The position numbers and the translations under genes are program-made. A stretch of 11,246 bases of DNA, from IMG/VR virus record IMGVR_UViG_2645727640_000017; one strand, 5' to 3'. This DNA comes from a virus. Its lineage: Duplodnaviria > Heunggongvirae > Uroviricota > Caudoviricetes. Below are positions 1-7,209 of the stretch, piece by piece. Each line of letters starts with the position of its first letter. The stretch's first letter is position 1. The notes beneath the pieces are model-generated. The model was not told the origin of the DNA. It ran no database searches and saw only the letters and a program-made list of their open reading frames with translations.

Positions 1-569
1 GACGCAGACAAAAAAATCTGGTTACGCTGGTAAGGTTGCGCCACATCGTCACGCAGCGCCATCAGCAGTGCTTCCTGTGCAAAATACCAGGTCGCTCCAA
101 TCTGTCGGGATTTCAGGATCATCCTGTTACGTATCCCGGCTTCCCTGCAAAGTGTCAGGGAGTCAAACCAGCCCCGCTGATGCCACTCCAGCCTGCTGAT
201 GATTTTTTCCCGCAGTGCGGCAATCTGTTCCGGCGTGAAATGATTTTTGAGTTTTTTCGCCCGGCTTTTCTTTCCTGTGGCCGTCGCATCCGGCTGGCCA
301 TCATGCAGTTTTTTAAGCTGCCGGGTCAGCAGGTCTATTTCCTTGAAGTCACCACCTGTTTTATTCTGTTTTTCAGTAAGCTGGATGAGGCGCGCATCGA
401 TGGACTGCGTGACACGCTGCACGGGTGGCGTTTCATCCCACTGGTCGCGTTTTTTCCACGCATAAATCGTGTTCGGGTTTATTCCCATCAGACGTGATAT
501 TTCTGCGGGCGGATAACCCTGCCAGTAAAGTTGCCGCGCACGCTGGCGCACAAAAGCGTCCTGAATCAT
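1..569 (-). CDS. P: Terminase large (ATPase) subunit, P2 gpP-like; N-terminal ~189 codons only, gene continues past the window start
   Basis: Minus-strand frame is open from ATG (complement of 567-569) to the window edge; it is absent from the supplied track because it has no in-window stop. My translation starts MIQDAFVRQRARQLYWQGYPPAEISRLMGINPNTIYAWKKRDQWDE and contains ILKSRQIGATWYFAQEALL, which I recognise as the N-terminal region of P2-family terminase ATPase subunits. It is divergent from the scaffold gene as in P2. A GGGGGAG motif lies just upstream of the start on the minus strand. Confidence 0.8.
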   Translation of the reverse strand, partial: MIQDAFVRQRARQLYWQGYPPAEISRLMGINPNTIYAWKKRDQWDETPPVQRVTQSIDARLIQLTEKQNKTGGDFKEIDLLTRQLKKLHDGQPDATATGKKSRAKKLKNHFTPEQIAALREKIISRLEWHQRGWFDSLTLCREAGIRNRMILKSRQIGATWYFAQEALLMALRDDVAQPYQRNQIFLSA

Positions 570-724
570 TGCTCCCCCTGAGTAATTACAGGAAGATTAC
601 CCGCGCGCGAAACCGTTCTCCTTAACCCCCTGTTCTGGCCGTTTTCTTACAACAAAAGCCCTTTGTATCAGCCTGTTACGCTTTGCCATCATGACTGAAG
701 AACCAGTCAGAGGGGCAAAAAACT
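570..724. promoter_or_regulatory. Divergent intergenic control region between gpP and gpO; expected site of the back-to-back late promoters (P2 P_P/P_O equivalents)
   Basis: 155-bp non-coding gap between two divergently oriented genes. Contains an imperfect dyad TGT(631-633)...ACA(649-651) with a 15-nt spacer; I did not find an exact Ogr-type TGT-N12-ACA. GAGGGG at 710-715 is the likely ribosome binding site for gpO. The promoter call is by position and synteny only. Confidence 0.35.
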
Positions 725-1561
725 ATGACTAATGAAAAAAAGACATCCCGCAAAAAGTTTCGCGTGGCTGTCTCCGGTGTGACGGCAGACGGGCGCGAAA
801 TAAACGGCGACATGCTGAAAGCTGCCGCCACCAGTTATAACCCGTCCGTTTATGGTGCACGTGTGAATATTGAGCACATCCTGTCACCACTCCCCGGTAG
901 CGAGTTTTCCGCTATGGGCGATGTTGTGGGGTTGAGCACCGAAGACATAACCGATGGCCCGCTGGCAGGTCGCACGGCACTGTATGCCGAAATTGAGCCG
1001 ACCGCTCGCATGATGTCCCTGCTTAACGATGGTAAAAAAATTTACTCCAGTATTGAGCTGGAACCACAGTCAACCATCACGGGAGGCCCTTACCTGCGCG
1101 GGCTGGCAATGACCGACACCCCCGCCAGCCTGGGCACGGAACGTCTGGCCTTTGCGGCACAACAACGTATGCAACTGATGACATTCAACTGTCAGCAGGG
1201 AGACGTGGCGATGTTCACCGCCGCTATGGAGTCAGAACTTATCGAACTCACCGAACAACGTCAGGAAGAAGGCACCCAGTGGTTTAACCGCGTTATGGGG
1301 ATTATTGGCCGTGGCCGCAAAGCGGATGACGCCAGTTTCTCCCGTATTCAGGAAGCGGTGGAAGGTGTCGCAACGTCACAGGCCGACATTATCGACCGTT
1401 TTAATGCGCTAGAAACCCGCCATCAGCAGGACAGCCAGAAAATCACTTCGCTGACCACAGAGCTGACAACACTGAAGGAAAAGCTGCGCACGCAGGACGG
1501 CGATCCGCAGAACCGGTTCACCGCAACGGGCGCAGCCTCCGACCAGCTGGCTGACTTCTGA
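725..1561 (+). CDS. O: Capsid scaffolding protein, P2 gpO-like
   Basis: 278-aa ORF with ATG at 725 preceded by GAGGGG. It sits first after the divergent region and immediately upstream of the major capsid gene. The N-terminal region and the internal LAMTDTPASLGTE motif resemble P2 gpO as I recall it. Confidence 0.88.
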   Translation: MTNEKKTSRKKFRVAVSGVTADGREINGDMLKAAATSYNPSVYGARVNIEHILSPLPGSEFSAMGDVVGLSTEDITDGPLAGRTALYAEIEPTARMMSLLNDGKKIYSSIELEPQSTITGGPYLRGLAMTDTPASLGTERLAFAAQQRMQLMTFNCQQGDVAMFTAAMESELIELTEQRQEEGTQWFNRVMGIIGRGRKADDASFSRIQEAVEGVATSQADIIDRFNALETRHQQDSQKITSLTTELTTLKEKLRTQDGDPQNRFTATGAASDQLADF

Positions 1562-1584
1562 TAAGACAAAGGAGCAAATTTTTT

Positions 1585-2637
1585 ATGAATCTGGTGATGT
1601 CAGATAATGCCCGTAACAAGCTGGGCTGCTACATGACGCGACAGGCGTCGATTAACAATATCCCGGTTTCTGGACTGGTATCGCGATTTACCGTGGAACC
1701 CGCGGTGCAGCAGCGTTTTGAAAACGCCTCAAAGGATAGCACCGAACTTACAAAAAAAATTAACGTGATCGGTGTGACCGACCAGAAAGGCGAAAAAGTC
1801 CTCATGGACACCACCGGGCCGATTGCGCGCACAAATACCAGTTATGACGGCACAGATCGCCGCAACCCGATTAACGCTGTCGACCTGAAGTCCCGTCAGT
1901 ACCAGTGTGAGCAGGTGAACTACGACACGTTTATTTCGTATCCGCAGCTTGATGCCTGGGCGGCGCACAATGACTTCCAGACCCGCATCAGCGCACAGAT
2001 TGCCCGACAGGTGGCGCTTGACCGCATCATGATCGGCTTTAACGGCACGTCACACGCGGAAAAATCCAACTTCAGCACCAACAAGCTGCTTCAGGACGTT
2101 AACGTGGGGTGGCTGGAGCACATCAGAACCAATGCCAGCGCGCGCGTAATGAATGACGTGACGCTGACCTCCCGCAACATGGACAACACCGTGGCGCACG
2201 CGGGTAAGTATGCGAACGCTGATGCACTGGTACAGGACGCACGCTCATCCCTGCTGGATGAATGGCACAAGGAAGCTGACGACCTCGTGGTGATTATGGG
2301 GCGCAACCTGTTTAACTCGCTGCGTCTGCCCGTGCTGAACAGCATCAGCGGCCAGAATCCCAATGCGGAATTACTTGCCGGGCAGCTCATCCTGTCATCG
2401 CGCACCATTGGCGGGCTGGGCGTGTTCCTTGCGCCGTTCTTCCCGGATGCAACGATGCTGATCACCTCGTTCAACAACCTGTCGATTTACTGGCAGAAAG
2501 GTTCAATGCGTCGTCTGATGAAAGACGAACCGGAATACAACCGCATCGCCACCTACCAGTCCATCAATGACGCTTATGTCGTTGAAGACTATGGCAAGTG
2601 CGCGATGGTCACTGGCCTGAAGTTCGCCGACAGCTAA
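1585..2637 (+). CDS. N: Major capsid protein, P2 gpN-like
   Basis: 350-aa ORF with GGAG at 1571-1574 ten nt upstream of ATG 1585. Conserved blocks typical of P2-family major capsid proteins (FTVEPAVQQ, VGWL, LITSFNNLSIYWQ, YVVEDYG) and the expected position after the scaffold gene. Confidence 0.92.
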   Translation: MNLVMSDNARNKLGCYMTRQASINNIPVSGLVSRFTVEPAVQQRFENASKDSTELTKKINVIGVTDQKGEKVLMDTTGPIARTNTSYDGTDRRNPINAVDLKSRQYQCEQVNYDTFISYPQLDAWAAHNDFQTRISAQIARQVALDRIMIGFNGTSHAEKSNFSTNKLLQDVNVGWLEHIRTNASARVMNDVTLTSRNMDNTVAHAGKYANADALVQDARSSLLDEWHKEADDLVVIMGRNLFNSLRLPVLNSISGQNPNAELLAGQLILSSRTIGGLGVFLAPFFPDATMLITSFNNLSIYWQKGSMRRLMKDEPEYNRIATYQSINDAYVVEDYGKCAMVTGLKFADS

Positions 2638-2646
2638 TCAACTCAC

Positions 2647-2665
2647 GGCGGGCATCATGCCCGCC
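2647..2665 (+). other. Perfect GC-rich hairpin in the N-M intergenic gap (8-bp stem GGCGGGCA/TGCCCGCC, 3-nt loop), no downstream U-tract
   Basis: Read directly: ggcgggca-tca-tgcccgcc at 2647-2665, ten nt after the gpN stop and six nt before the GGAGAG ribosome binding site of gpM. Confidence 0.5.
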
Positions 2666-2682
2666 TGTAACGGAGAGAAAAA

Positions 2683-3483
2683 ATGATTACTCCTGCACAA
2701 CAACACTGGCAGAACGTGATGGCACAGCGCGCAGGCCGGGCGAATGAAGGCGTGGACCACGCCGCGCGTACCGCGCATGAAGAGGTGCTGTATCGTCTGC
2801 GTCTGGCACAGGCCCGGCTTAAGGGCGTACAGGCCAGAAGCGCGAAAGCCGCCATCAAAAAAGAGTTGTTGCCGGATTTTTCCGGCTGGATTGAGGGAAC
2901 GCTGGAGGCTGACGGCGGGCAGCAGGATGAAGTGATTGCCACGCTGATGGTGTGGGCAATTGACTGCGGCGATCTTCCGCTGGCGTTGCGTATTGGTGCG
3001 TATGTGGTCCGTCATAACCTCATTATGCCGGATAACTTTGGCCGTACTGCTGCCACAGTGCTGACCGAAGAAATCTGCAACCCGGTACTGACGCAGGCCG
3101 GGACGGATGCCGACGCGGATTTGTCCGCCTTTATCGAACCACTGGATACCCTCCGGGAGATTGTCACCGACCAGGACATGCCGGACGAAGTGCGCGCCAA
3201 ATTATGCAAGGCGTGCGCCTTTGCCCGCCGTGGCCTGAGTGATGCGGACAGCATGGCCCTGTCACTGAAGCTGCTGCGCGAAGCAATGCACCTGAACCCG
3301 AATGCAGGTGTGAAACGCGAGATTGCAACCCTTTCCCGCGCCCTGAAAAAAGCCGATTCCGCAGCCGAACCAGAAGACGCCAGCGCACAGCAGGCGCAGG
3401 ACGAAAGCAGCAAAAGTAAAAAGACAACGCGGAAGCCTGCAACACGAAAAACCACCGCGACGCAGAAGGCGAAGCGCGGTTAA
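2683..3483 (+). CDS. M: Terminase small (endonuclease) subunit, P2 gpM-like
   Basis: 266-aa ORF with GGAGAG five nt upstream of ATG 2683. KKELLP, MPDEVRAKL and AGVKREI blocks and the basic K/R-rich C-terminal tail match the P2 gpM family. Position after N is as in P2. Confidence 0.86.
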   Translation: MITPAQQHWQNVMAQRAGRANEGVDHAARTAHEEVLYRLRLAQARLKGVQARSAKAAIKKELLPDFSGWIEGTLEADGGQQDEVIATLMVWAIDCGDLPLALRIGAYVVRHNLIMPDNFGRTAATVLTEEICNPVLTQAGTDADADLSAFIEPLDTLREIVTDQDMPDEVRAKLCKACAFARRGLSDADSMALSLKLLREAMHLNPNAGVKREIATLSRALKKADSAAEPEDASAQQAQDESSKSKKTTRKPATRKTTATQKAKRG

Positions 3484-3499
3484 CGACTGACCCCGTCAG

Positions 3500-3570
3500 C
3501 GGGCGGCGTGCGCGGTGTTCCGGTTTGACTCCGTGACCGTTTACACCGCGCACCCACCGCCCGATTTTTT
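3500..3570 (+). terminator. Candidate intrinsic terminator/attenuator: long interrupted GC-rich inverted repeat followed by T6, between gpM and gpL
   Basis: Left arm CGGGCGGCGTGCGCGGTGT (3500-3518) pairs with right arm ACACCGCGCACCCACCGCCCG (3543-3563) as 11 bp plus 7 bp perfect pairs with a small internal loop. The 24-nt apical region contains its own CGGT/ACCG mini-stem. This is followed by A then TTTTTT (3565-3570), then AGGAG (3572-3576) and the gpL start. Confidence 0.4.
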
Positions 3571-3584
3571 CAGGAGTGAACCCC

Positions 3585-4079
3585 ATGAGTATGGTTGCCA
3601 GAACCAACCCCGGACCCGCAGAGGACGACATCACCGATACCGATGATGGTGATATCCGTATTTCAGCGGGTGCATTCTGGCCGGATATTGTGCTGCGTGA
3701 GCTGCGTCTGGCGGTACGACTGCCGGGCCGTGTGACCACCTCCCGCCTGCTGCATACCGCCACTGGGGCCGTGGCACACGTTACCCGCGAGCTGGAAGCA
3801 TGGCAGCAGGAACAGCAGGCGGCTGGCCATCAGACGCTGGCCGATGTTCCGGCACCCGTAATTAACGGAGAAAGCGTCAATCTCTGGCACTGGCGCAATG
3901 CTGTTTATACCGCCACACGCGCCCTGATTCTGGAGCGTTACCGCGATGCAGACACAACGGACAAGGGCGACCGCCGGGCGGACGCACTGGATATACAGAC
4001 ATCGGATTTGTGGCGCGATGTGAGCTGGGCCATCTCTGACATTCTGCGCCGCCCGCGAATCTTTGCGGAGTTGTGCTGA
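3585..4079 (+). CDS. L: Head completion/stabilisation protein, P2 gpL-like
   Basis: The track ORF 3576..4079 begins at a GTG that overlaps the ribosome binding site; I chose ATG 3585, eight nt after AGGAG. The LADVPA..INGESV..WRD motifs resemble P2 gpL. The stop TGA (4077-4079) overlaps the gpX start. Confidence 0.85.
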   Translation: MSMVARTNPGPAEDDITDTDDGDIRISAGAFWPDIVLRELRLAVRLPGRVTTSRLLHTATGAVAHVTRELEAWQQEQQAAGHQTLADVPAPVINGESVNLWHWRNAVYTATRALILERYRDADTTDKGDRRADALDIQTSDLWRDVSWAISDILRRPRIFAELC

Positions 4080-4279
4080 TGAAGGTGAAGGCACTGGAAG
4101 GCGACACCGTGGATTCGCTCTGTTTCCGGTACTACGGCACGACGCAGGGCGTCACCGAAAAGGTGCTGGATGCCAACCCCGGGCTCTGTCAGCAGGTATT
4201 TCTGGACGCCGGGCAGGAAGTGGAGATGCCGGAGCCGGAGAAGAAGAAACGAGAAATGATTCAGTTGTGGGGGGAATAG
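4079..4279 (+). CDS. X: Small tail protein, P2 gpX-like (LysM-like fold family)
   Basis: 66-aa ORF from ATG 4079 (tgATG overlap with the gpL stop). The GDTVDSLCFRYYG...VLDANPGL pattern matches gpX-family proteins, and it sits between L and the holin as in P2. Confidence 0.82.
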   Translation: MKVKALEGDTVDSLCFRYYGTTQGVTEKVLDANPGLCQQVFLDAGQEVEMPEPEKKKREMIQLWGE

Positions 4280-4281
4280 CA

Positions 4282-4605
4282 GTGAGCACCATTCAAACAG
4301 GGATTACAGAGCAGGTTATTGCATGGCTCTTTGACCACCTGCCAACGGTGTATGCAGTAGGCGCGGCGGTCAGCATTTCCGCGCTGATGAGTCTTTATGA
4401 CGGACGAACACTGGTTCAGACCGTAACGGGATCGCTGGCGTGCGGCGTTCTTGCCATGGCCGTGGCCGGGTCGTTGCGCTTCTTCGGGTTTCCTGAAGAT
4501 GCCGTGACGTTTATCGGCGCATCAATCGGTTTTATGGGCGCAGAGAAAGCACGCGACAAGGTTATTGCGGCCTTTAATCGCAGGGTGAAGGAGAAGGACG
4601 AATGA
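4282..4605 (+). CDS. Holin (three predicted transmembrane segments, highly charged C-terminus)
   Basis: The track ORF 4063..4605 overlaps gpL/gpX in another frame, so I trimmed it to the in-frame GTG 4282, six nt after a GGGGGGA run. An alternative GTG lies at 4267. Hydrophobic stretches VIAWLFDHLPTVYAVGAAVSISALMSLY, TGSLACGVLAMAVAGSL and FIGASIGFMGA are followed by EKARDKVIAAFNRRVKEKDE. It occupies the position of P2 gene Y. Confidence 0.68.
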   Translation: MSTIQTGITEQVIAWLFDHLPTVYAVGAAVSISALMSLYDGRTLVQTVTGSLACGVLAMAVAGSLRFFGFPEDAVTFIGASIGFMGAEKARDKVIAAFNRRVKEKDE

Positions 4606-4994
4606 GCAACACATTTAAATTCAGCAGCCGGAGCGAAAAGAATTTGCAGGGCGTAAATCCTGAGCTGGTGAAAGTGACCCGACGGGCACTGGAAATTTCG
4701 GAAGTGGATTTTGGTATCACCGAAGGGTTGCGCAGCCGTTACCGCCAGAAGCAACTTGTGGCCACGGGTAAGAGCCAGACCATGAACAGCCGCCACCTTA
4801 CGGGGCATGCCGTGGATGTTGTGGCTTATATCGGCAGCCAGGTGTCATGGGAATGGCCGCTGTACGAAAAAATCGCAGCAGCATTCAGACAGGCCAGCCG
4901 GGAACTGAATATTCCGGTGGAATGGGGCGGCGACTGGAAGACCCTGAAAGACGGACCGCATTTTCAGTTACCGCACGGAGTTTATCCGGCATGA
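4602..4994 (+). CDS. Endolysin, Zn-dependent peptidase M15 family (L-alanyl-D-glutamate endopeptidase, T5-endolysin-like)
   Basis: 130-aa ORF with AAGGAG (4588-4593) eight nt upstream of ATG 4602, and an ATGA overlap with the holin stop. Candidate Zn-ligand pattern SRHLTGHAVD ... DGPHFQ and overall resemblance to the small T5-type endolysin. No signal peptide. Confidence 0.82.
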   Translation: MSNTFKFSSRSEKNLQGVNPELVKVTRRALEISEVDFGITEGLRSRYRQKQLVATGKSQTMNSRHLTGHAVDVVAYIGSQVSWEWPLYEKIAAAFRQASRELNIPVEWGGDWKTLKDGPHFQLPHGVYPA

Positions 4995-5398
4995 AGCTCT
5001 GGCCCACGCTGGGCGTCGCTTTCCTTCTGATTGCCGCATGGGGAACATCCATGCGTCTGTCGTGGTCGCTTGGCCGGGAGAACGCCAGAAACGAAGTGCA
5101 GGCCAGCACCCTGAAAAGCACCGTCGACACCCTGAATATCATCAGCACCGGGGTACAGGATATGCAGCAGGTGCTGGCGCAACTCCGCGTGGAAAATCAA
5201 CAGAGAAATCAGGACGGAGAGGCCAGACGTGAACAGCTACGCAACGATATTGCAAAAGATGAATGCGCCCACGCTTTGCCTGACGCTCGTTTTACTGACA
5301 GGTTGCGCAGGCACGCAGAACGCGCCACGGCCAGCGCCGTCAGTCCGGCTTATACCGCAGACGCTGACCATACCGGTAACGCCTCCCCCCTTCCCTGA
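4991..5398 (+). CDS. lysB: i-spanin (Rz-like), P2 LysB equivalent
   Basis: ATG 4991 overlaps the endolysin stop (ATGA). N-terminal transmembrane segment LWPTLGVAFLLIAAWGTSM followed by a charged, Q/R/E-rich predicted coiled-coil region. The track ORF 4847..5398 is an upstream extension in the same frame that overlaps the endolysin. Confidence 0.78.
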   Translation: MKLWPTLGVAFLLIAAWGTSMRLSWSLGRENARNEVQASTLKSTVDTLNIISTGVQDMQQVLAQLRVENQQRNQDGEARREQLRNDIAKDECAHALPDARFTDRLRRHAERATASAVSPAYTADADHTGNASPLP

Positions 5399-5549
5399 TA
5401 CTCCCACATGGGGAAATCTCGGTATATGGGGCGACCGCCTTCTGGATGCACTGGAAACCTGTAACGCGGATAAACGGGCCATTGAATTACTGGAACAGCG
5501 CAGGCTGCAACGACTGAACAACGAGGATAACAACCATGCTGAAAACTGA
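5229..5549 (+). CDS. lysC: o-spanin lipoprotein (Rz1-like), P2 LysC equivalent; starts inside lysB in another frame and extends past it
   Basis: GTG 5229 lies six nt after GGAGAGG (5216-5222); an alternative ATG is at 5259. Lipobox LLTGC in MNSYATILQKMNAPTLCLTLVLLTGC, followed by a proline-rich mature region (PRPAPSVRLIPQTLTIPVTPPPFPDTP). Overlaps the 3' half of lysB and 14 nt of gpR. Confidence 0.68.
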   Translation: MNSYATILQKMNAPTLCLTLVLLTGCAGTQNAPRPAPSVRLIPQTLTIPVTPPPFPDTPTWGNLGIWGDRLLDALETCNADKRAIELLEQRRLQRLNNEDNNHAEN

Positions 5550-6003
5550 TTCCCTGCGTGAAGCCATGACCCGTTCATGCCGATGGTGTCAGGCCAACCC
5601 GGAAAAATTCACCATTTTCGTGGAGAGCGGCAATATTGAAACGACCGGAGAAACGCCCTCGTTTGTTTACCACTATCAGATGGTGATGTTTGTCATGGAT
5701 TACGCCGGAGAGCTGGACGACCTCACGCTGCCGCTGCTGGCGTGGTTATCCGAAAATCAGCCACAGTTGCTGCTCAATCCGAAGCGTAATCAGGACATCA
5801 AATTTTCTGCCGTTATCAATGACGATGACAGCGCCGATCTCCTGTTTACGCTCCCCCTGCAGGAACGCGTTCGCATCACGCGCAGCAGTCAGGGTACACC
5901 GCAGGCAGAACACCTGCCGGAGCCAAAACCCCGCCTGCCCTCTTCCGAAGGCGACTGGTCGCATGTATTCCAGGATGTGACGTGGAGTGAAAGCGATGGA
6001 TAA
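5536..6003 (+). CDS. R: Tail completion protein, P2 gpR-like
   Basis: 155-aa ORF. MLKTDSLREAMT...FVESGNIE...LPLLAWLSENQPQLL matches the gpR family as I recall it. Position after the lysis genes is as in P2. Confidence 0.86.
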   Translation: MLKTDSLREAMTRSCRWCQANPEKFTIFVESGNIETTGETPSFVYHYQMVMFVMDYAGELDDLTLPLLAWLSENQPQLLLNPKRNQDIKFSAVINDDDSADLLFTLPLQERVRITRSSQGTPQAEHLPEPKPRLPSSEGDWSHVFQDVTWSESDG

Positions 6004-6631
6004 GGCATTCATCCGCGTGGATGAAACCTTTGAGGCCATCCGCGACAGCCTGAATCAGCAGGCCATCAATAACATCGCCAGAAAGCTGGCACAGGATTTA
6101 CGTCGCGCCCAGCAGGCACGTATCCGGTCACAGAAAGCGCCGGACGGGACCGCATGGACACCACGCAGACGCCGCGTAACCCGGATACAGGAGCGCATTC
6201 GCTTTATCTGGAATAACGAAGCACGCACGCTGAAAAACTGGCATCACGACACGGGGAAATACGGGCGAACCATCACCGGGTGGGATGAGGATAAAAACAA
6301 TATCCGCACGTTTTACCGGGATGACATCGACCGTTTTCTGGAAATACGCACCCGGCGCATCAACCAGGACAGCACAAAGCGCGTCCCCATGTTCGTAAAA
6401 CTGCGCACCGCCCGCCACCTGAAAGCCCGTGCAGATGCTTCCGGTGTGACGGTGGGTTACAGCGGCGTGGCCGCACGTATTGCACGCGTTCATCAGTTCG
6501 GTGAGCGCGATCAGGTTGCGCCGGGCATTTTCACCGATTACCCGGTACGTGAGCTGTTGGGCATCAGTCAGGCAGATGAACGCCTGATTTATAACACGGT
6601 GCTGGGCCGGATTGCGGAGGCTGTACGGTGA
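5996..6631 (+). CDS. S: Tail completion / virion morphogenesis protein, P2 gpS family
   Basis: ATG 5996 lies eight nt after GGAG (5984-5987) and overlaps the gpR stop; the track starts at the upstream GTG 5987. The stop overlaps the gpV start (GTGA). Assigned from conserved position between R and V and family-like sequence (QKAPDGTAWTPRRR...ARVHQFGERD). Confidence 0.8.
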   Translation: MDKAFIRVDETFEAIRDSLNQQAINNIARKLAQDLRRAQQARIRSQKAPDGTAWTPRRRRVTRIQERIRFIWNNEARTLKNWHHDTGKYGRTITGWDEDKNNIRTFYRDDIDRFLEIRTRRINQDSTKRVPMFVKLRTARHLKARADASGVTVGYSGVAARIARVHQFGERDQVAPGIFTDYPVRELLGISQADERLIYNTVLGRIAEAVR

Positions 6632-7209
6632 GCGCAGAACTCATGCGACTGCTGAGCAACATCATCCGCACCGGGATCATCTCTGAAGTTGATGAGAAAT
6701 CCTGGTGCGTGCGCGTTCGCAGCGGCGAACTGGAAACAGGCTGGTTGCGCTGGAACACCACGCGCGCGGGAGCCTTCAATGTGTGGCTGCCGCCATCACC
6801 CGGCGAACAGGTGGTAATTGCCTGCATTGGCGGCAACCCGGAAACCGCCATGATAATTGGCAGCCTGTGGAGTGATACCAATCCGGCCCCCGGCAAAAGC
6901 CTGAAAGAAATCGTGGTCAGCGCGCCGGATGGCGCGGTGTTCCGCTACGACGCGGACGCAGGCGCACTGAGCGCCAGCGGCATGAAAACAGCCAGCCTGC
7001 AGGCATCCGTCAGCGTGACACTGGACACGCCCGTCGTGGAATGCACAAACCTTCTGAGAACGGCGACGCTTGACGTCACAAAAGGGGGAAAGATGAGCGG
7101 CAATATCACGCACAGCGGCGGCAATTTCACCTCAAACGGCATCACAGTGCATACGCATAAGCACGGTGGCGTTAAAGGTGGCAGCGATTCGACAGGAGGC
7201 CCGCAGTGA
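6628..7209 (+). CDS. V: Baseplate spike/assembly protein, P2 gpV-like
   Basis: GTG 6628 lies seven nt after GGAGG (6616-6620); an alternative ATG is at 6643. IRTGII...WLRW..RAG...GEQV...KHGGVKGGSDSTGGP blocks match gpV-family spike proteins. Confidence 0.9.
   Translation: MSAELMRLLSNIIRTGIISEVDEKSWCVRVRSGELETGWLRWNTTRAGAFNVWLPPSPGEQVVIACIGGNPETAMIIGSLWSDTNPAPGKSLKEIVVSAPDGAVFRYDADAGALSASGMKTASLQASVSVTLDTPVVECTNLLRTATLDVTKGGKMSGNITHSGGNFTSNGITVHTHKHGGVKGGSDSTGGPQ

Noticed and set aside
36-497. 153-aa + strand ORF in the supplied track
   Set aside because: It lies antisense to the gpP terminase reading frame, which has clear family similarity, and has no ribosome binding site or recognisable features. 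It is most likely a chance open frame opposite a real gene.
631-654. A definite Ogr-binding site call
   Set aside because: Only an imperfect dyad with N15 spacing is present, so it is reported as a low-confidence regulatory region and not as a specific binding-site feature.
1752-1759. A8 and A7 homopolymer runs inside coding regions (for example 1752-1759 in N, 735-741 in O, and runs in H) as programmed frameshift sites
   Set aside because: No overlapping alternative frame with a plausible product follows any of them. The known P2-family frameshift is in the E/E' tail chaperone genes, outside this window.
3164-3763. 199-aa - strand ORF spanning the M-L junction, plus other long - strand ORFs (2638-3015, 7217-7648, 7661-8086, 8473-8997, 9653-9982)
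   Set aside because: All lie antisense to well-supported + strand structural genes in GC-rich DNA, where long spurious frames are common. Their products are Arg/Ser/Cys-rich and low-complexity with no recognisable motifs.
4063-4281. Upstream extension of the holin ORF (track ORF 4063..4605, 180 aa)
   Set aside because: The extension overlaps gpL and gpX in another frame and has no ribosome binding site. The hydrophobic holin core begins only after the in-frame GTG at 4282.
4847-4990. Upstream extension of lysB (track ORF 4847..5398)
   Set aside because: It overlaps the endolysin 3' end in another frame. ATG 4991 gives the expected ATGA coupling and puts the transmembrane segment at the N-terminus.
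5996-6631. Calling gpS unusually long or fused to an extra domain
   Set aside because: I cannot recall reference gpS lengths reliably enough to claim a size difference. It is annotated simply as the S-family morphogenesis protein.
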